Source: an uncultured bacterium (lineage in GTDB: Bacteria > Omnitrophota > Omnitrophia > Omnitrophales > Aquincolibacteriaceae). Taken from it: a stretch of 64,000 nucleotides of DNA. The notes beneath the pieces were generated by a model. It had not been told where the DNA came from. It saw nothing but the letters and a program-made list of their open reading frames with translations, and did no database searches. The DNA is taken from positions 11,956 through 75,955 of the forward strand of contig CAZDVO010000004.1 of NCBI GenBank assembly GCA_964508905.1, in the 5' to 3' direction. The translations under genes were made by a program, and so were the position numbers. Below, one piece after another: positions 39,301 to 48,422 of the stretch (position 1 is the first letter of the stretch; every line of letters starts with the position of its first letter).

Positions 39301-42300
39301 AGTACGGGCGAACGATCATTGATCCGCACTCGAACATGCCGAGTTTCGCCATTGAGCCGCAACACAGCCATATTCCAAATTTGTAATTTTAAACGTCGGG
39401 CGATCAGCTCTGCTTGGGCTCTTTGAAATGAACTACGCGGCTGCCTTATCATGTCTGAGATCGCCTGATTAAGGCCAACAAAATCCCCTCCTATGAGTGC
39501 CTTTAATTTTTCCGGTCGGTAAATGCTCCTAGCATATTCAAACTCCTGATAAACCTTTTCATCCGCTGACCCACGATATAAAGCATGAATAAATGCCCTC
39601 GTGAGAGAAGCTTTGTCTTTCGATCGTTTCAAGCGTTTGAGGAACGAGGTTTCCATGTAGATCTTGCTGACGCCATTTTCCCTTACCCTTGCGATTCCGA
39701 AAGTAATTTTATCAGTCTCGATCAAATAGACCTTACTGTCTTCCTTAATTCCTAAAAAATCCTTTGCCACATTCAATTCTCTGTCAAATTCCACGGTCGG
39801 CCTTTCGGATCTTCTGGCCGCAGCCAGATTTTTCCTGAGCTCAAACAAGGACATTCTTTCATAGTAGCCATGATCAGCTAAGCGAACATTACGGTTTGCC
39901 AGCATTTCCAGAACATCCCGCATTAGACTGCGGCTATAAAACTCAATATTATCTGATCGATAAACAACCTCATGCTGATCTTCATTAAGGCGAATTGTCA
40001 GAATCGAGCTCTTCCCTGACGGGCCAATGAAATAGATCTCCCATCGATCACCCTGTCTTTGGGCCTTCTCAAAGCGCAGATCAACCCGTTTAGCGATCTC
40101 TTGCCCCAGCAATGCGGGAAATTCATCTTTGTTCTGAAGAACAACAAGATGGTCAAAAGAATCTAGATCAAAAGAAGAAATTTTCTTTTCAAGAGCACCC
40201 GGCGCCGGATCTCCTTTGTCAGACCCTTTGATAACTTTCACTACAGGCGCAAATTCAGCTCCTAGCTTGGAGAATTTCTCGTCTATTCCATCCGCTATCG
40301 CTTCGGATATCTTTCTATAAACCCATGGATCAGTTTCATCTAAATAGCCGGCCACTTCGAAGCCGCGCTCATGAAGACCGTACGATGTCGCCCCATCATC
40401 CACCGTTGTTACCAAAACCCCGTTGGGCAGTATCATTAAATATTTATAGGTCTTTTCTTCCTGCAGGGTCTTGTTCATTCGAAGGACCTGATCCGCAGTA
40501 AAAGAGCTATCTTCGCGAGCAAGGTACGCACGCACTCTTTCCCGCATCAGTTGAACAGCCTCATCATGAAGAAGGGCAAATTCATCGTAGGTTATCCCCA
40601 GAGATTTCTTGAGTTCATTCGGGAAACTTTTGAGCGGCTGAAATATATTGCATTTCCATATGGGAGGCCGTATCGACGGGTAGTGTTGTTTTGTTTTATT
40701 AAAAACATCCAAAATAATACCTTCAACATAAGGCAGGAGATCCGTCTTGACCTTATCAATGTTTTCTCTCGTAACCGTGGTGGTTATCACGATTTCTATA
40801 TCTTTATCCCTCTGAGCAGCGATTGTCTTGATGCTGGCTATTACTTCCGGCCATAACAAAGGGATTTCCCCTCTGAATGAATGCGGGTCGACCGTATCCA
40901 AAGAAAAACAAAACTGATCGACATAACTGATAAATTTTTCTAAAGGAACAAGATGCGTGCTCTTCCGGTCTTCTTTATAAAGCTCAATAAAGATCTCGCC
41001 CCCGACCTTTTTAAATTGCAGGCCGTTCGTGTTAACAAAAACCTTCATTCCTTTAGATTTTACATAAGCAATAATTTCATCAAACCGAGGGACTATAGTC
41101 GGTTCGCCGCCGCTAAAGGATATGCCTTCAATGCCTGTCTCAGCCAAAAGGTTAATGGTATGCAATATTTCTTTAAAAGACGGCTCCTTTGTCCCGTATT
41201 TAGCGATCTCTTTCTGTGAATAAAAATTTCTTGCCCAGCATTGCCGGCATTTTAATTGACACCGCAGCGAAGGAAGAAAGTCTATAAGTGAAGCGAATGT
41301 CCCTTCCCGGAAAGGGACTGCTCCCTCGGGGATACTCTTGTGTTGCCGGGCTAATAATACAGCTTGAGGCTTTGCTGCTTCCCGCATCTCGGAGCGGGCG
41401 GTTGTATTTTCCGGATTCTCTTTTTCCGCCGCAACTTTTGCTTTCAGGCGTCTGACCCGCTCGTCTATTCTCTCGATCTCCGCATCGTAGTACTCCCGGA
41501 CCTTATGATGCCTGGCCGCTTCTTTCTGGGATCTCAAGATATTTTTAACACCTTCCATGTCGATCTCATAATCCCGGAGCGCGTGCTCCCGGTCGTCCCT
41601 CCACGCCGCCTCGACCTTTCGATCGATCTTTTCTTCCTCCCCTCGTCTTTCAAAAGTTCGTTTCAGATACTCATGGTCAGCATCATGCGAAAGAGCCACC
41701 ACCTCTTCCGTGCTCAGGTCGAAGATCAATTCAGGGTTGTTACCAAAAACTTCAGGATGGGCTTTTGCGGTCTCGATCATGAGAGGATGCATCTTTTTCT
41801 GATAGCGGGTAATCAGCTGATGGGCATCCTCCATGAAAGAAAATTGTTGGACGTTGAGGGAGACAATCTTCCTGAGCGTTGGATAGCTTCCCAGGATAGT
41901 CATGAATTTCTCCTGATTTTTTTCTTCCTTAGCTTTCTCACCTCGGAGGTACTGTATCGTTTGGGATATTTCATCATCCAGCGCCTCCATGCTGACCGAA
42001 GGCTTCTCGCCGGCATTCGACATCCTGATCCTCGTAAAAAGTCGCAACGCGAGAAAAAGTTTCAGATCCAATATTCGGATCTTTTCACGAATGGTTTTTT
42101 CCGACTTAAGTTTCCAGACATCAACGGGTTCCCCATTCTTATCGCAAAGTCTTTCGATCAGCCGCAAAAGCTGGGGGGCCGCAATCGTTTCCGCTAAGTC
42201 CGAATCGGAAGCAAGGTTTGCTTGAAACTCATGCAGAAATGACACTTCATCATCACCTTTCCGGATATCTTCATCAGAAGCTTTGTAGTTATGCATATAA

Positions 42301-45300
42301 TCCGCCAGCGCCTGATAAACATCTCCCGTCCTCCGGGCGCGGGCATCTCTGACCCTTGTTTCGATGGCGCCAAGCGCTCCTTCTTCAAAAAGTTTCATGA
42401 CAGCCGCATCTTCCCGGATCATCTCCTCAATGGCGGCTACTTCTTTTACCTTATCCCAATGGGTCAACTTTTTCATCCAATGCTGTTCTGTTTCAGGCGT
42501 TAACTGAAGCGCCGCTCTCTCCAAACCGGCACGACTCATTGACAATTCGAATGCGTTAAAAAACCGCGCCTGCGGATACCAGAATTTATCCTGAAAAGTC
42601 GCGTGAAATGGTCGCGCAATGTGCATCCAAGCCAGCAATTCCACTAACCATGCCGTAGCCTGTTGCATCTGGCCACCACTTAAAAGCCCGCTGTCGGGAA
42701 GCCCACTAAAGAAGGCGTCTGCCTCCATGAACCGCTCAACACGCTTCTTGAGGACCGAATCGTAATCAACCAATTCCCGCCGATACAGCGGATTCTGAAG
42801 TCCGCTAGGTTCATTAATAAGCAACGAGTAAATGATCCTGTCCTTAAATTTTCGAGGCATGGTTTTGAATTCGTTTGTTTTGAATAAATTATTGAGCATT
42901 TCGGCGTATTTTTCAAAAGCCCGGTAATAATAATCCAGTTCAAAATAACCAAACTCTGTCTTGGGGCGCCCCCTCCACTCGCCTTCAAAATCCGGCATGT
43001 AGTTCTCTTTACCACCCTCCCTATAGAACCCTTCGAAATCTCCGTCGCTAAGCCAGACATCCCTCGGCTTAGGCGCGGGCTTAGCCAAAAGCTCCGCCGC
43101 TTGTTTCCACATTTTAAGTTCAATGCGAACTGTTTTGACCTTAACCGCGGGAGGCATTCCGTCATCCCGATAGTAGATGGTCCTTGTCCCGGAATCGAGT
43201 ACGACGGACTGATCGTCAAATTTCTTCAGGTCTTCGACCGCATTTTTAGAACCGACAACACATGCCTTATCCCGCTCACGAGCCGTTACCGCCGCATGAC
43301 TGGTCGTATTTCCGTTCTCCGTGATAACTCCCGCCATTCTGAAAAAAGCATTGTCCCAGCTGTTATCCGTCTCCTGGGTCACGAGAATATCTCCGGCCTT
43401 GATCTTCCGCGCGATTCTTTGGCTTTCGGCACGCTTCTGATTCTCTGGCAGATCCATACGAACCGGCCTTACTCTCAAAACACCGATCGCGACGCTCGGG
43501 AAACCGACAACAGCATCTCCAGGTAAAGTCATTTTTTTTACGGTGCTATCCATATCGCTCTCATCCACTGTCTTGATCTCAATAAAGCCAGCCTTGCTAA
43601 TGGTCGTTTCAGGCCGTGTCTGGACAACATGGATGACCCCCGATTTATCTTGCGCGAATTCAATATCCACGTTGGCGACATCCTTCATGGAGTTATATTT
43701 ACTCCGAATCCTCTGGGATATCTTCGCCAAACGCATAACAGCTTCCATCTCCAGAGAAGGCATCATTTGTTCATGCGGATCCGTGATCTTAACTCTCACA
43801 GTGCCATGCTCTCCCGTTATGATCTTCTCCGTCTTTGGCTGAGGCTGCTCCTCAAGAATGGTTTGCGCGTCAGGACTAATTGTCCACTCATCCGCCAAAC
43901 CAGACCCTGACACCACGCCTTCACCCAGTCCGGGCTTGGCATTGATCCTGAAAGCAGGTCGACCGGTCGTGGTATCCACGGAAAAAACATTGCCAGCCGA
44001 CTTAGCATCCACCATTTTTAATATCACAACCGGCATCATGGGAGTTTCTGTCATCTGATTCAAGATCCTGTAATTCACGAAACCACTATTAAAAAGACTG
44101 GCCCACACCTGAATAACAGCTCTGCTAACCTGCTTCGTATTATTCCTAGCCAGGACGCTATCTGCTTTTCCTGCACAAGCTGCCTTTGAGGAATCTTCAA
44201 CGCTAGCCGAACTCCTAACGGCAACACTGACCTCGGTCGCATCGCCTTGAAGGGATCCCATCATTTTCGAGATATCTTCCAAGAGTGGTTTGGGCAATCT
44301 GACCAACCACCGGATCCCAGTTCGGATCATCCAAGCCTCTATTTGAATTTCTCCTTGGAGAAACAAATCCAGGAACCAAAAGCGGGCTCCCGCAATAAGC
44401 TTTCTCCAGGCGGACAGTTCATTTTCCATCGCCTTGGCTTCCTTTGCCTTGCGATCCCTCAGAACTATCAGCTTCAAAGATAAAATTCGTAATCGTTCGA
44501 TCAGTGCTCCCAAAAACGGATTCCTTAAAACAACTTTTTTAAATACCTCAGCGCGAAGGATATAACCTTCCGGGACCCTCACAGGGTCAGAGACATTGTC
44601 CCGAGCTTCTTCAGCGGCAAGCATTCGCAGATAATGAAGATTGGCTCCCTTCCCTCCGGATACCGATTTATTGCCGCTGTCAGGATGGTCCAGATGGACC
44701 AAAGACTGACCAATCTCGAGGGGGAGATGTTCTGATACTGAAATATTCCGAACAACTTGCCTGGAAACAGTTTCGTAAATAGCATCGCTAATACTGGGTT
44801 GTAAATTCTCTTTTGCAGAAGATTCCGCTGAGAAAGGAACTGAAAGATCGCTGGCCAAAGCTGCGCCTTCTTCTCGTAGCTTGTAAAAAACATCCCACCA
44901 CAGCCTGAATCCATAGGCATCCGCGTTCAGGTTCTTCAATTCGTCCTCGGTCATAGGCATTTTTTCCCTATCGGCGAGTTTTCTCGGCTCTCTGAACTTG
45001 TCTGCCACCTTTTGATCTTCTAAAGCATTCAGGAAATAAGTGAATAAAGTGCCGGTTTCGAAGATTTCGGCCGGAGGTAATAATGGTACTGATGTTGCCT
45101 GTGCGGCTTCTTGTGCCAAACTGGCAAGCGCCTCACGTAGAGCTGTATCATTTTTTGTAACATAAATGACAAGCGCATGTTTTACAGGATCGTAATCCAG
45201 AACCAGCTCTTTACTGACAAGATCCTTTTGCTTTTCATAAAAAGAGCTCAGCTTACCGGCCTCATTCGTGTTCAAAGCCTGAAAGGTATAACTTTGAATG

Positions 45301-48300
45301 TAGCGGCTTTGTTCACCGGGTTTCCCGATCCTCTTCAGTCGTGACGCATCAGAACCGATCTCGAGATAATCTTTAAGAACCTGCTGAGCAGAATTTGTAA
45401 TGTTTGTGTCCGGTGCGATTTCACTACCTAAAGCTACTGAAAATTTGGAGGGAAATAAATCGCTGTAAGGCCCTTGTTTTTTAACTAAAACCCGTCCCTT
45501 GGTATCAAAGACCATCACTTGGACGCTTTGTCTTAAACCTTTTGCTTGTTGCCGCCTTCCATGGAGATTGATCAAATGACGCAATTGTGAGATCGCAAAA
45601 TAGGTCGAAAGGAAGTGAGGGTCGGGTTCCCCGACAATGTTCCCGTTATTCAAGATTGTGATGTCTTTTTCAATGACATTGAGCAAACCTTCCGCATCCT
45701 CATAACGGGCTTTAGCAACCATCTCCCTGACCGCGACGACTCTGTCGGGAAGTCCGGCCAGCAGACAACTGATAGCATGCGCCTGCCTCAGCATCGCAAG
45801 GACCTCGGCCGACCCGAAATAAACCGCCGTCAAATCCTCCGCATACTTCGCATGATCCGTGGAAAACATATCCGCAACGGCATCAATGGTTAGGAATTTC
45901 TTGGCATCAGAATCGATCAGCTTCAAAACACCTGAAGTGAGTGAATTCACTGAATTTTCTGCTGTTCTCCGCTGAGCTTCGTGAGATTTTACCTTCGTTT
46001 TAACCGCTTTCGCCTCGGCCTCGGTCAGAGGATAGACCAAAAGCGTGCTCTTTTCGTAAGTCACCGCGGTTAACAAAGATGGTATATGAGTTTCACTACC
46101 GATCGCCAGGACTAACCTGTCTTGATCCGCAGCAAGTTCAGCGCTGTCCTTTAGAATATAAACAGTGAGGGAGTGTTTCGTTTCTTCATCAAAATCCAGG
46201 GTGATACCCTGAGCTCCAGCCGATACTTTGTGTATTTCAAAAGCTTTCTTAAGAGATTCGGCTTCGCTCTGGTTAAAAGCCGGAAAAACATAGCTTCGCA
46301 TATAGTGCAAATGGGTATCTTCGCCGCCGACCCGCAGGATTCGCTTTGGATCCGCCTCGATTCCTATCTCCTGCCGGATTGAGGCCTTCACTTTTTCTTC
46401 AACCGCCGCGACATCAGCTCCCGCAGATGGTTTGGCATTGGCGGACACGGAATATTTGGAAGCAAAGAGTTGTTTATAAGGACCGCGCTTCTGGAGAAGA
46501 ATCTTGCCTTGGGGATCGACCGCCAGAATCTGAACACTTTGTTTCTGCGCAACATTATCGGAAATCACTTTTTTCTTAGCGACTTTCTCAAGCAACAGTT
46601 TTGCCGAAAAGTAATTCGCCAAGAGATATTTATCGACCTTGCTATAAGACCATTTCTGGACTAGCTTCCCGAGCGCTTCAACAAGAGGCTCCAACTTCCT
46701 CGCCGCCGCGGTGAAATCCATTTTCGAAAGCAGTTCTCGCGCCTCAACCAGCCCTTCATAAAGCTCTAAGGTATTCCGATCCTCTTGGGTGCTTTCAGCT
46801 TCCCGCATCTCGGAGCGAAGTTGGGCATTTCTATCCACTGTGTGCGCAGGTTGCATTGCTTGCTGAAGATCAACAAGACGACGCTCGATCAGTTGAGGGT
46901 CAGAGTTACCCGCGTCAACAGAAGAAGCAATCGCATGAAGTTTTGCACGCACAAATTCTTCGTTGCCGGTAGCGGCTAAGTAGGGGTAGCCCGGTGCTCG
47001 GTTGGCACGGGTAACAAGGAACGGGGCTTCGAAGGGGTGCAGTCCATCAGACATCAATCGTTTGTAATAATCCTGGTGACGCTTATCAATAGCCGTGATC
47101 TTGGGAGAAATGACTACATAAGAAAAACCCTGCTGCCTAAACATGTCCTTGATAGCGCTGGCGTGAAATCCCCCAAAAACCAGTATGGCGGCTTCCTCCT
47201 TGCCCTCCTGAAAGGCTCTGATGTGCTGATCGATCGCCCCATCCCGCTTCTGCGCCACATTGTAGAACCGAACCGCTTCCTTGATGTGCCGCTCCCACTC
47301 TTTGGAAAGAACTAGCGACCGGCGAGTCAGAGACACAATGAAATCCACTAATTTCTGCGTCTCAAGTTTTTCAAGCGCGTCTTTGGCCGCTTCATATTCC
47401 GATTGCGTGAGTTGGATCTGGTTGAGCCGTTTGAGCAAGCTCAAACCCTGATAATAATCAAAGATCTTTTTGTCCCGGTCATTTTGAAGGAAGGTCTTTG
47501 AAAGTCCCTGCTCCAGACGGCTCGCCTCTTCAAAAATAACGCGGGAATCCAGAGCGTTCAATTGCCCGATCAGCTTTTGGTCCCGGGTGGTTTCAGCGGC
47601 AAGAAGGATCGTAAGGGCGGGATATTCCCGGAAAAAGGAATCCGGATCCGCGACATTCTTCCGGTATAACGCTCGCAATGCTTTGAGATAATCGAGAAGG
47701 GGCCGTTCCCCTTTTGAGTATCCTTCCCGGAAGCGAAGCCAGGATTTCAGTTCCTTCGGAAAATACCGGTTGGCGAGGATCAGGATGTGCTTAAGAAGCT
47801 CATCAAGATCCGCTTCAGTGTCCTTCCGCTTCCTTGAAGAATCCCGATAAGCCTCGATATTTTTTGAATAGAGATCAAGATTTTCAACCCCGATCAGCTC
47901 AAAATCCTGTTCCCGGTTAATGTGCGCGTATTCCGCGCCTCCGATCCTCAATTTGTCCAAAAGAAAATAAGAGACCTTTTGTTTAATCTCGGGATCTTTG
48001 ATGAATCCAAAAAATTTTTCCGTGGGAACAGGGCCCTCATAGCCTTCCTCAAAAACGGTCTTGATCCCCTTTTCTTTTACGAAATTACCGATAAGCTTCG
48101 CGATGTTCTCCTGGGCTTCAAGAGAGTCGTGAGCATCCTGAATAAAAAGAATGGTCTTGCCGGAAGCTCCTTGAAAAGATTCTTCGATTTTTCCAAGTCC
48201 GGGAGGGACCGCGATCATGCCATTAAGGACTTGAGCGGTCGAAACGGAGACCGGATCACCTCCCGGAACATTGGAATTTTGCGCCTGCCGACCGGCGGGC

Positions 48301-48422
48301 ATAGCAAAACTGGTTGGTGTGGGAATAAGAATCTGCGTAGCGACAAAGGAAAGGACGATGAAAGACGCAATGGTCTTTAGAGAAAGTGAGGGCCCAGATG
48401 TTGCTTTTCGGAACAACTTCAT
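36396..48422 (-). CDS. Giant 4008-aa multidomain protein with signal peptide/TM, PEP-utilizing ATP-grasp plus phospho-His module, tandem Nudix-like repeats, radical-SAM core, HxGH nucleotidyltransferase and histidine-phosphatase domains
   Basis: A single uninterrupted 12,027-nt ORF. N-terminal hydrophobic segment 'TIASFIVLSFVATQILIP'. 'SVSGGKGANLHYL' (aa ~1253) and 'GNTTSHAAVTARERDKACVVG' (aa ~1704) are the PPDK/PEP-synthase ATP-grasp and mobile-His motifs. 'CQLKCRQC...SFSGGEPT' (aa ~2388-2441) is the radical-SAM CxxxCxxC plus GGE motif. 'ANPLHFGHIEAM' (aa ~3060) is a (H/T)xGH nucleotidyltransferase motif. 'YAIRHQES...GAHGGSIL' (aa ~3473-3625) are the RHG/HGG histidine-phosphatase motifs. Two ~130-aa internal repeats start 'SVQILAVDPQGKILLQKRGPYKQLFASKYSV' and 'SVQVMVFDTKGRVLVKKQGPYSDLFPSKFSV'. 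Confidence 0.85.
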   Translation of the reverse strand: MKLFRKATSGPSLSLKTIASFIVLSFVATQILIPTPTSFAMPAGRQAQNSNVPGGDPVSVSTAQVLNGMIAVPPGLGKIEESFQGASGKTILFIQDAHDSLEAQENIAKLIGNFVKEKGIKTVFEEGYEGPVPTEKFFGFIKDPEIKQKVSYFLLDKLRIGGAEYAHINREQDFELIGVENLDLYSKNIEAYRDSSRKRKDTEADLDELLKHILILANRYFPKELKSWLRFREGYSKGERPLLDYLKALRALYRKNVADPDSFFREYPALTILLAAETTRDQKLIGQLNALDSRVIFEEASRLEQGLSKTFLQNDRDKKIFDYYQGLSLLKRLNQIQLTQSEYEAAKDALEKLETQKLVDFIVSLTRRSLVLSKEWERHIKEAVRFYNVAQKRDGAIDQHIRAFQEGKEEAAILVFGGFHASAIKDMFRQQGFSYVVISPKITAIDKRHQDYYKRLMSDGLHPFEAPFLVTRANRAPGYPYLAATGNEEFVRAKLHAIASSVDAGNSDPQLIERRLVDLQQAMQPAHTVDRNAQLRSEMREAESTQEDRNTLELYEGLVEARELLSKMDFTAAARKLEPLVEALGKLVQKWSYSKVDKYLLANYFSAKLLLEKVAKKKVISDNVAQKQSVQILAVDPQGKILLQKRGPYKQLFASKYSVSANAKPSAGADVAAVEEKVKASIRQEIGIEADPKRILRVGGEDTHLHYMRSYVFPAFNQSEAESLKKAFEIHKVSAGAQGITLDFDEETKHSLTVYILKDSAELAADQDRLVLAIGSETHIPSLLTAVTYEKSTLLVYPLTEAEAKAVKTKVKSHEAQRRTAENSVNSLTSGVLKLIDSDAKKFLTIDAVADMFSTDHAKYAEDLTAVYFGSAEVLAMLRQAHAISCLLAGLPDRVVAVREMVAKARYEDAEGLLNVIEKDITILNNGNIVGEPDPHFLSTYFAISQLRHLINLHGRRQQAKGLRQSVQVMVFDTKGRVLVKKQGPYSDLFPSKFSVALGSEIAPDTNITNSAQQVLKDYLEIGSDASRLKRIGKPGEQSRYIQSYTFQALNTNEAGKLSSFYEKQKDLVSKELVLDYDPVKHALVIYVTKNDTALREALASLAQEAAQATSVPLLPPAEIFETGTLFTYFLNALEDQKVADKFREPRKLADREKMPMTEDELKNLNADAYGFRLWWDVFYKLREEGAALASDLSVPFSAESSAKENLQPSISDAIYETVSRQVVRNISVSEHLPLEIGQSLVHLDHPDSGNKSVSGGKGANLHYLRMLAAEEARDNVSDPVRVPEGYILRAEVFKKVVLRNPFLGALIERLRILSLKLIVLRDRKAKEAKAMENELSAWRKLIAGARFWFLDLFLQGEIQIEAWMIRTGIRWLVRLPKPLLEDISKMMGSLQGDATEVSVAVRSSASVEDSSKAACAGKADSVLARNNTKQVSRAVIQVWASLFNSGFVNYRILNQMTETPMMPVVILKMVDAKSAGNVFSVDTTTGRPAFRINAKPGLGEGVVSGSGLADEWTISPDAQTILEEQPQPKTEKIITGEHGTVRVKITDPHEQMMPSLEMEAVMRLAKISQRIRSKYNSMKDVANVDIEFAQDKSGVIHVVQTRPETTISKAGFIEIKTVDESDMDSTVKKMTLPGDAVVGFPSVAIGVLRVRPVRMDLPENQKRAESQRIARKIKAGDILVTQETDNSWDNAFFRMAGVITENGNTTSHAAVTARERDKACVVGSKNAVEDLKKFDDQSVVLDSGTRTIYYRDDGMPPAVKVKTVRIELKMWKQAAELLAKPAPKPRDVWLSDGDFEGFYREGGKENYMPDFEGEWRGRPKTEFGYFELDYYYRAFEKYAEMLNNLFKTNEFKTMPRKFKDRIIYSLLINEPSGLQNPLYRRELVDYDSVLKKRVERFMEADAFFSGLPDSGLLSGGQMQQATAWLVELLAWMHIARPFHATFQDKFWYPQARFFNAFELSMSRAGLERAALQLTPETEQHWMKKLTHWDKVKEVAAIEEMIREDAAVMKLFEEGALGAIETRVRDARARRTGDVYQALADYMHNYKASDEDIRKGDDEVSFLHEFQANLASDSDLAETIAAPQLLRLIERLCDKNGEPVDVWKLKSEKTIREKIRILDLKLFLALRLFTRIRMSNAGEKPSVSMEALDDEISQTIQYLRGEKAKEEKNQEKFMTILGSYPTLRKIVSLNVQQFSFMEDAHQLITRYQKKMHPLMIETAKAHPEVFGNNPELIFDLSTEEVVALSHDADHEYLKRTFERRGEEEKIDRKVEAAWRDDREHALRDYEIDMEGVKNILRSQKEAARHHKVREYYDAEIERIDERVRRLKAKVAAEKENPENTTARSEMREAAKPQAVLLARQHKSIPEGAVPFREGTFASLIDFLPSLRCQLKCRQCWARNFYSQKEIAKYGTKEPSFKEILHTINLLAETGIEGISFSGGEPTIVPRFDEIIAYVKSKGMKVFVNTNGLQFKKVGGEIFIELYKEDRKSTHLVPLEKFISYVDQFCFSLDTVDPHSFRGEIPLLWPEVIASIKTIAAQRDKDIEIVITTTVTRENIDKVKTDLLPYVEGIILDVFNKTKQHYPSIRPPIWKCNIFQPLKSFPNELKKSLGITYDEFALLHDEAVQLMRERVRAYLAREDSSFTADQVLRMNKTLQEEKTYKYLMILPNGVLVTTVDDGATSYGLHERGFEVAGYLDETDPWVYRKISEAIADGIDEKFSKLGAEFAPVVKVIKGSDKGDPAPGALEKKISSFDLDSFDHLVVLQNKDEFPALLGQEIAKRVDLRFEKAQRQGDRWEIYFIGPSGKSSILTIRLNEDQHEVVYRSDNIEFYSRSLMRDVLEMLANRNVRLADHGYYERMSLFELRKNLAAARRSERPTVEFDRELNVAKDFLGIKEDSKVYLIETDKITFGIARVRENGVSKIYMETSFLKRLKRSKDKASLTRAFIHALYRGSADEKVYQEFEYARSIYRPEKLKALIGGDFVGLNQAISDMIRQPRSSFQRAQAELIARRLKLQIWNMAVLRLNGETRHVRVRINDRSPVLTSSDEDSGDAKMLYYSIAANPLHFGHIEAMFRAMVQSKADIGVIRVQGADDRKGAIGRTIEERHDIVAEFIALMTGYVKDIFEYSDIGKGTSTDGESDFIDLIKLNVGRKNGRFYAFNLGGSDHRHYFAPDYELWERTHQYRAKIKDGKPEPDTLLKFSELLRKHKAFLETNNVFINVLFSEREPHDSELLPEEVNAAESSRKENLFQETLLRGMNYEGASAMAIRDALSGIRNGDILMILPELVQDSIMGKLPENRKIIRGNPRFDSDRYRGFIIGLPVLIKQLSINSPDKDLFIFNQWLEVTKQNRGREITSREIVDMFNGKEMPLLLEEVDAAFKIIKAKTATDNPPGDGAAMKGAEPDRAAADTPDVAGQEPAVKPRSEMRDLATSLEPHRELTPEQKAFLTPEYGSVLDFWHSGWREAHPDAVVVYAIRHQESISNLTKVTQTRYGFSPGTFRGKKQAQALDKFLAKIPFDIFVSSDSERAYQTLYPLWKRRGRQGVMPVDSRLAETSIFPVAGVPGKMAKVIFDPENFFERYPEAVTTLQLDSLAGMMGDLREFSQDLLNSPSIKGKTVAIGAHGGSILALLMAFGQISVKKYTAVRGFADFSQNVGINVVAYLPEKKQWKLLVAKDDSYLPKNLKRQARGVEALIYRLYALVQVLVRRVQFLLSGKKVHPLHRDYYPEDKTWYRSLWTPTEHDVIKWRDEFLAQYPDREAEQLRNIPAASAARETRSKARALRTSPGQHESAIESVAIGFNGSPKRVPSNRSPNRVPRERSETRMETIPGVSTGPSDQIIQNVRRNTQPVTVFLDAEDWGSLSEAQKQEYLFVALSRSETRIIVYNENGQVHDEELAALLKLERVTRTERNLDQAVNVFSRFHVPTVHLSKQVLPSRTSIGSLRKRVSFFKMNSDKSGSLAMALLWAISGGEDIRMPEVRQEGGFWTVEESLLDALQRTYDNNFIVAIAA

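Noticed and set aside
39950-40100. 'FIGPSGKSS' P-loop-like motif at aa ~2797 of the giant protein
   Set aside because: It is one residue short of a canonical Walker A (GxxxxGK[ST]) and no Walker B is evident nearby. It is too weak to call a kinase or NTPase domain.
41364-42197. 277-aa plus-strand ORF and several other 60-150-aa plus-strand ORFs inside the giant gene
   Set aside because: They lie within the single continuous 12-kb minus-strand frame, whose multiple catalytic motifs are spread along its length. The plus-strand ORFs are short, unconserved-looking and lack motifs.
47000-48300. Possible TraB/Tiki/ChaN-like fold for the N-terminal ~500 aa of the giant protein ('GKTILFIQDAHDSLEAQ...ILVFGGFHASAIKDMFRQQGF')
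   Set aside because: This is only a vague resemblance with no clear catalytic motif pair. It is left unassigned pending profile searches.
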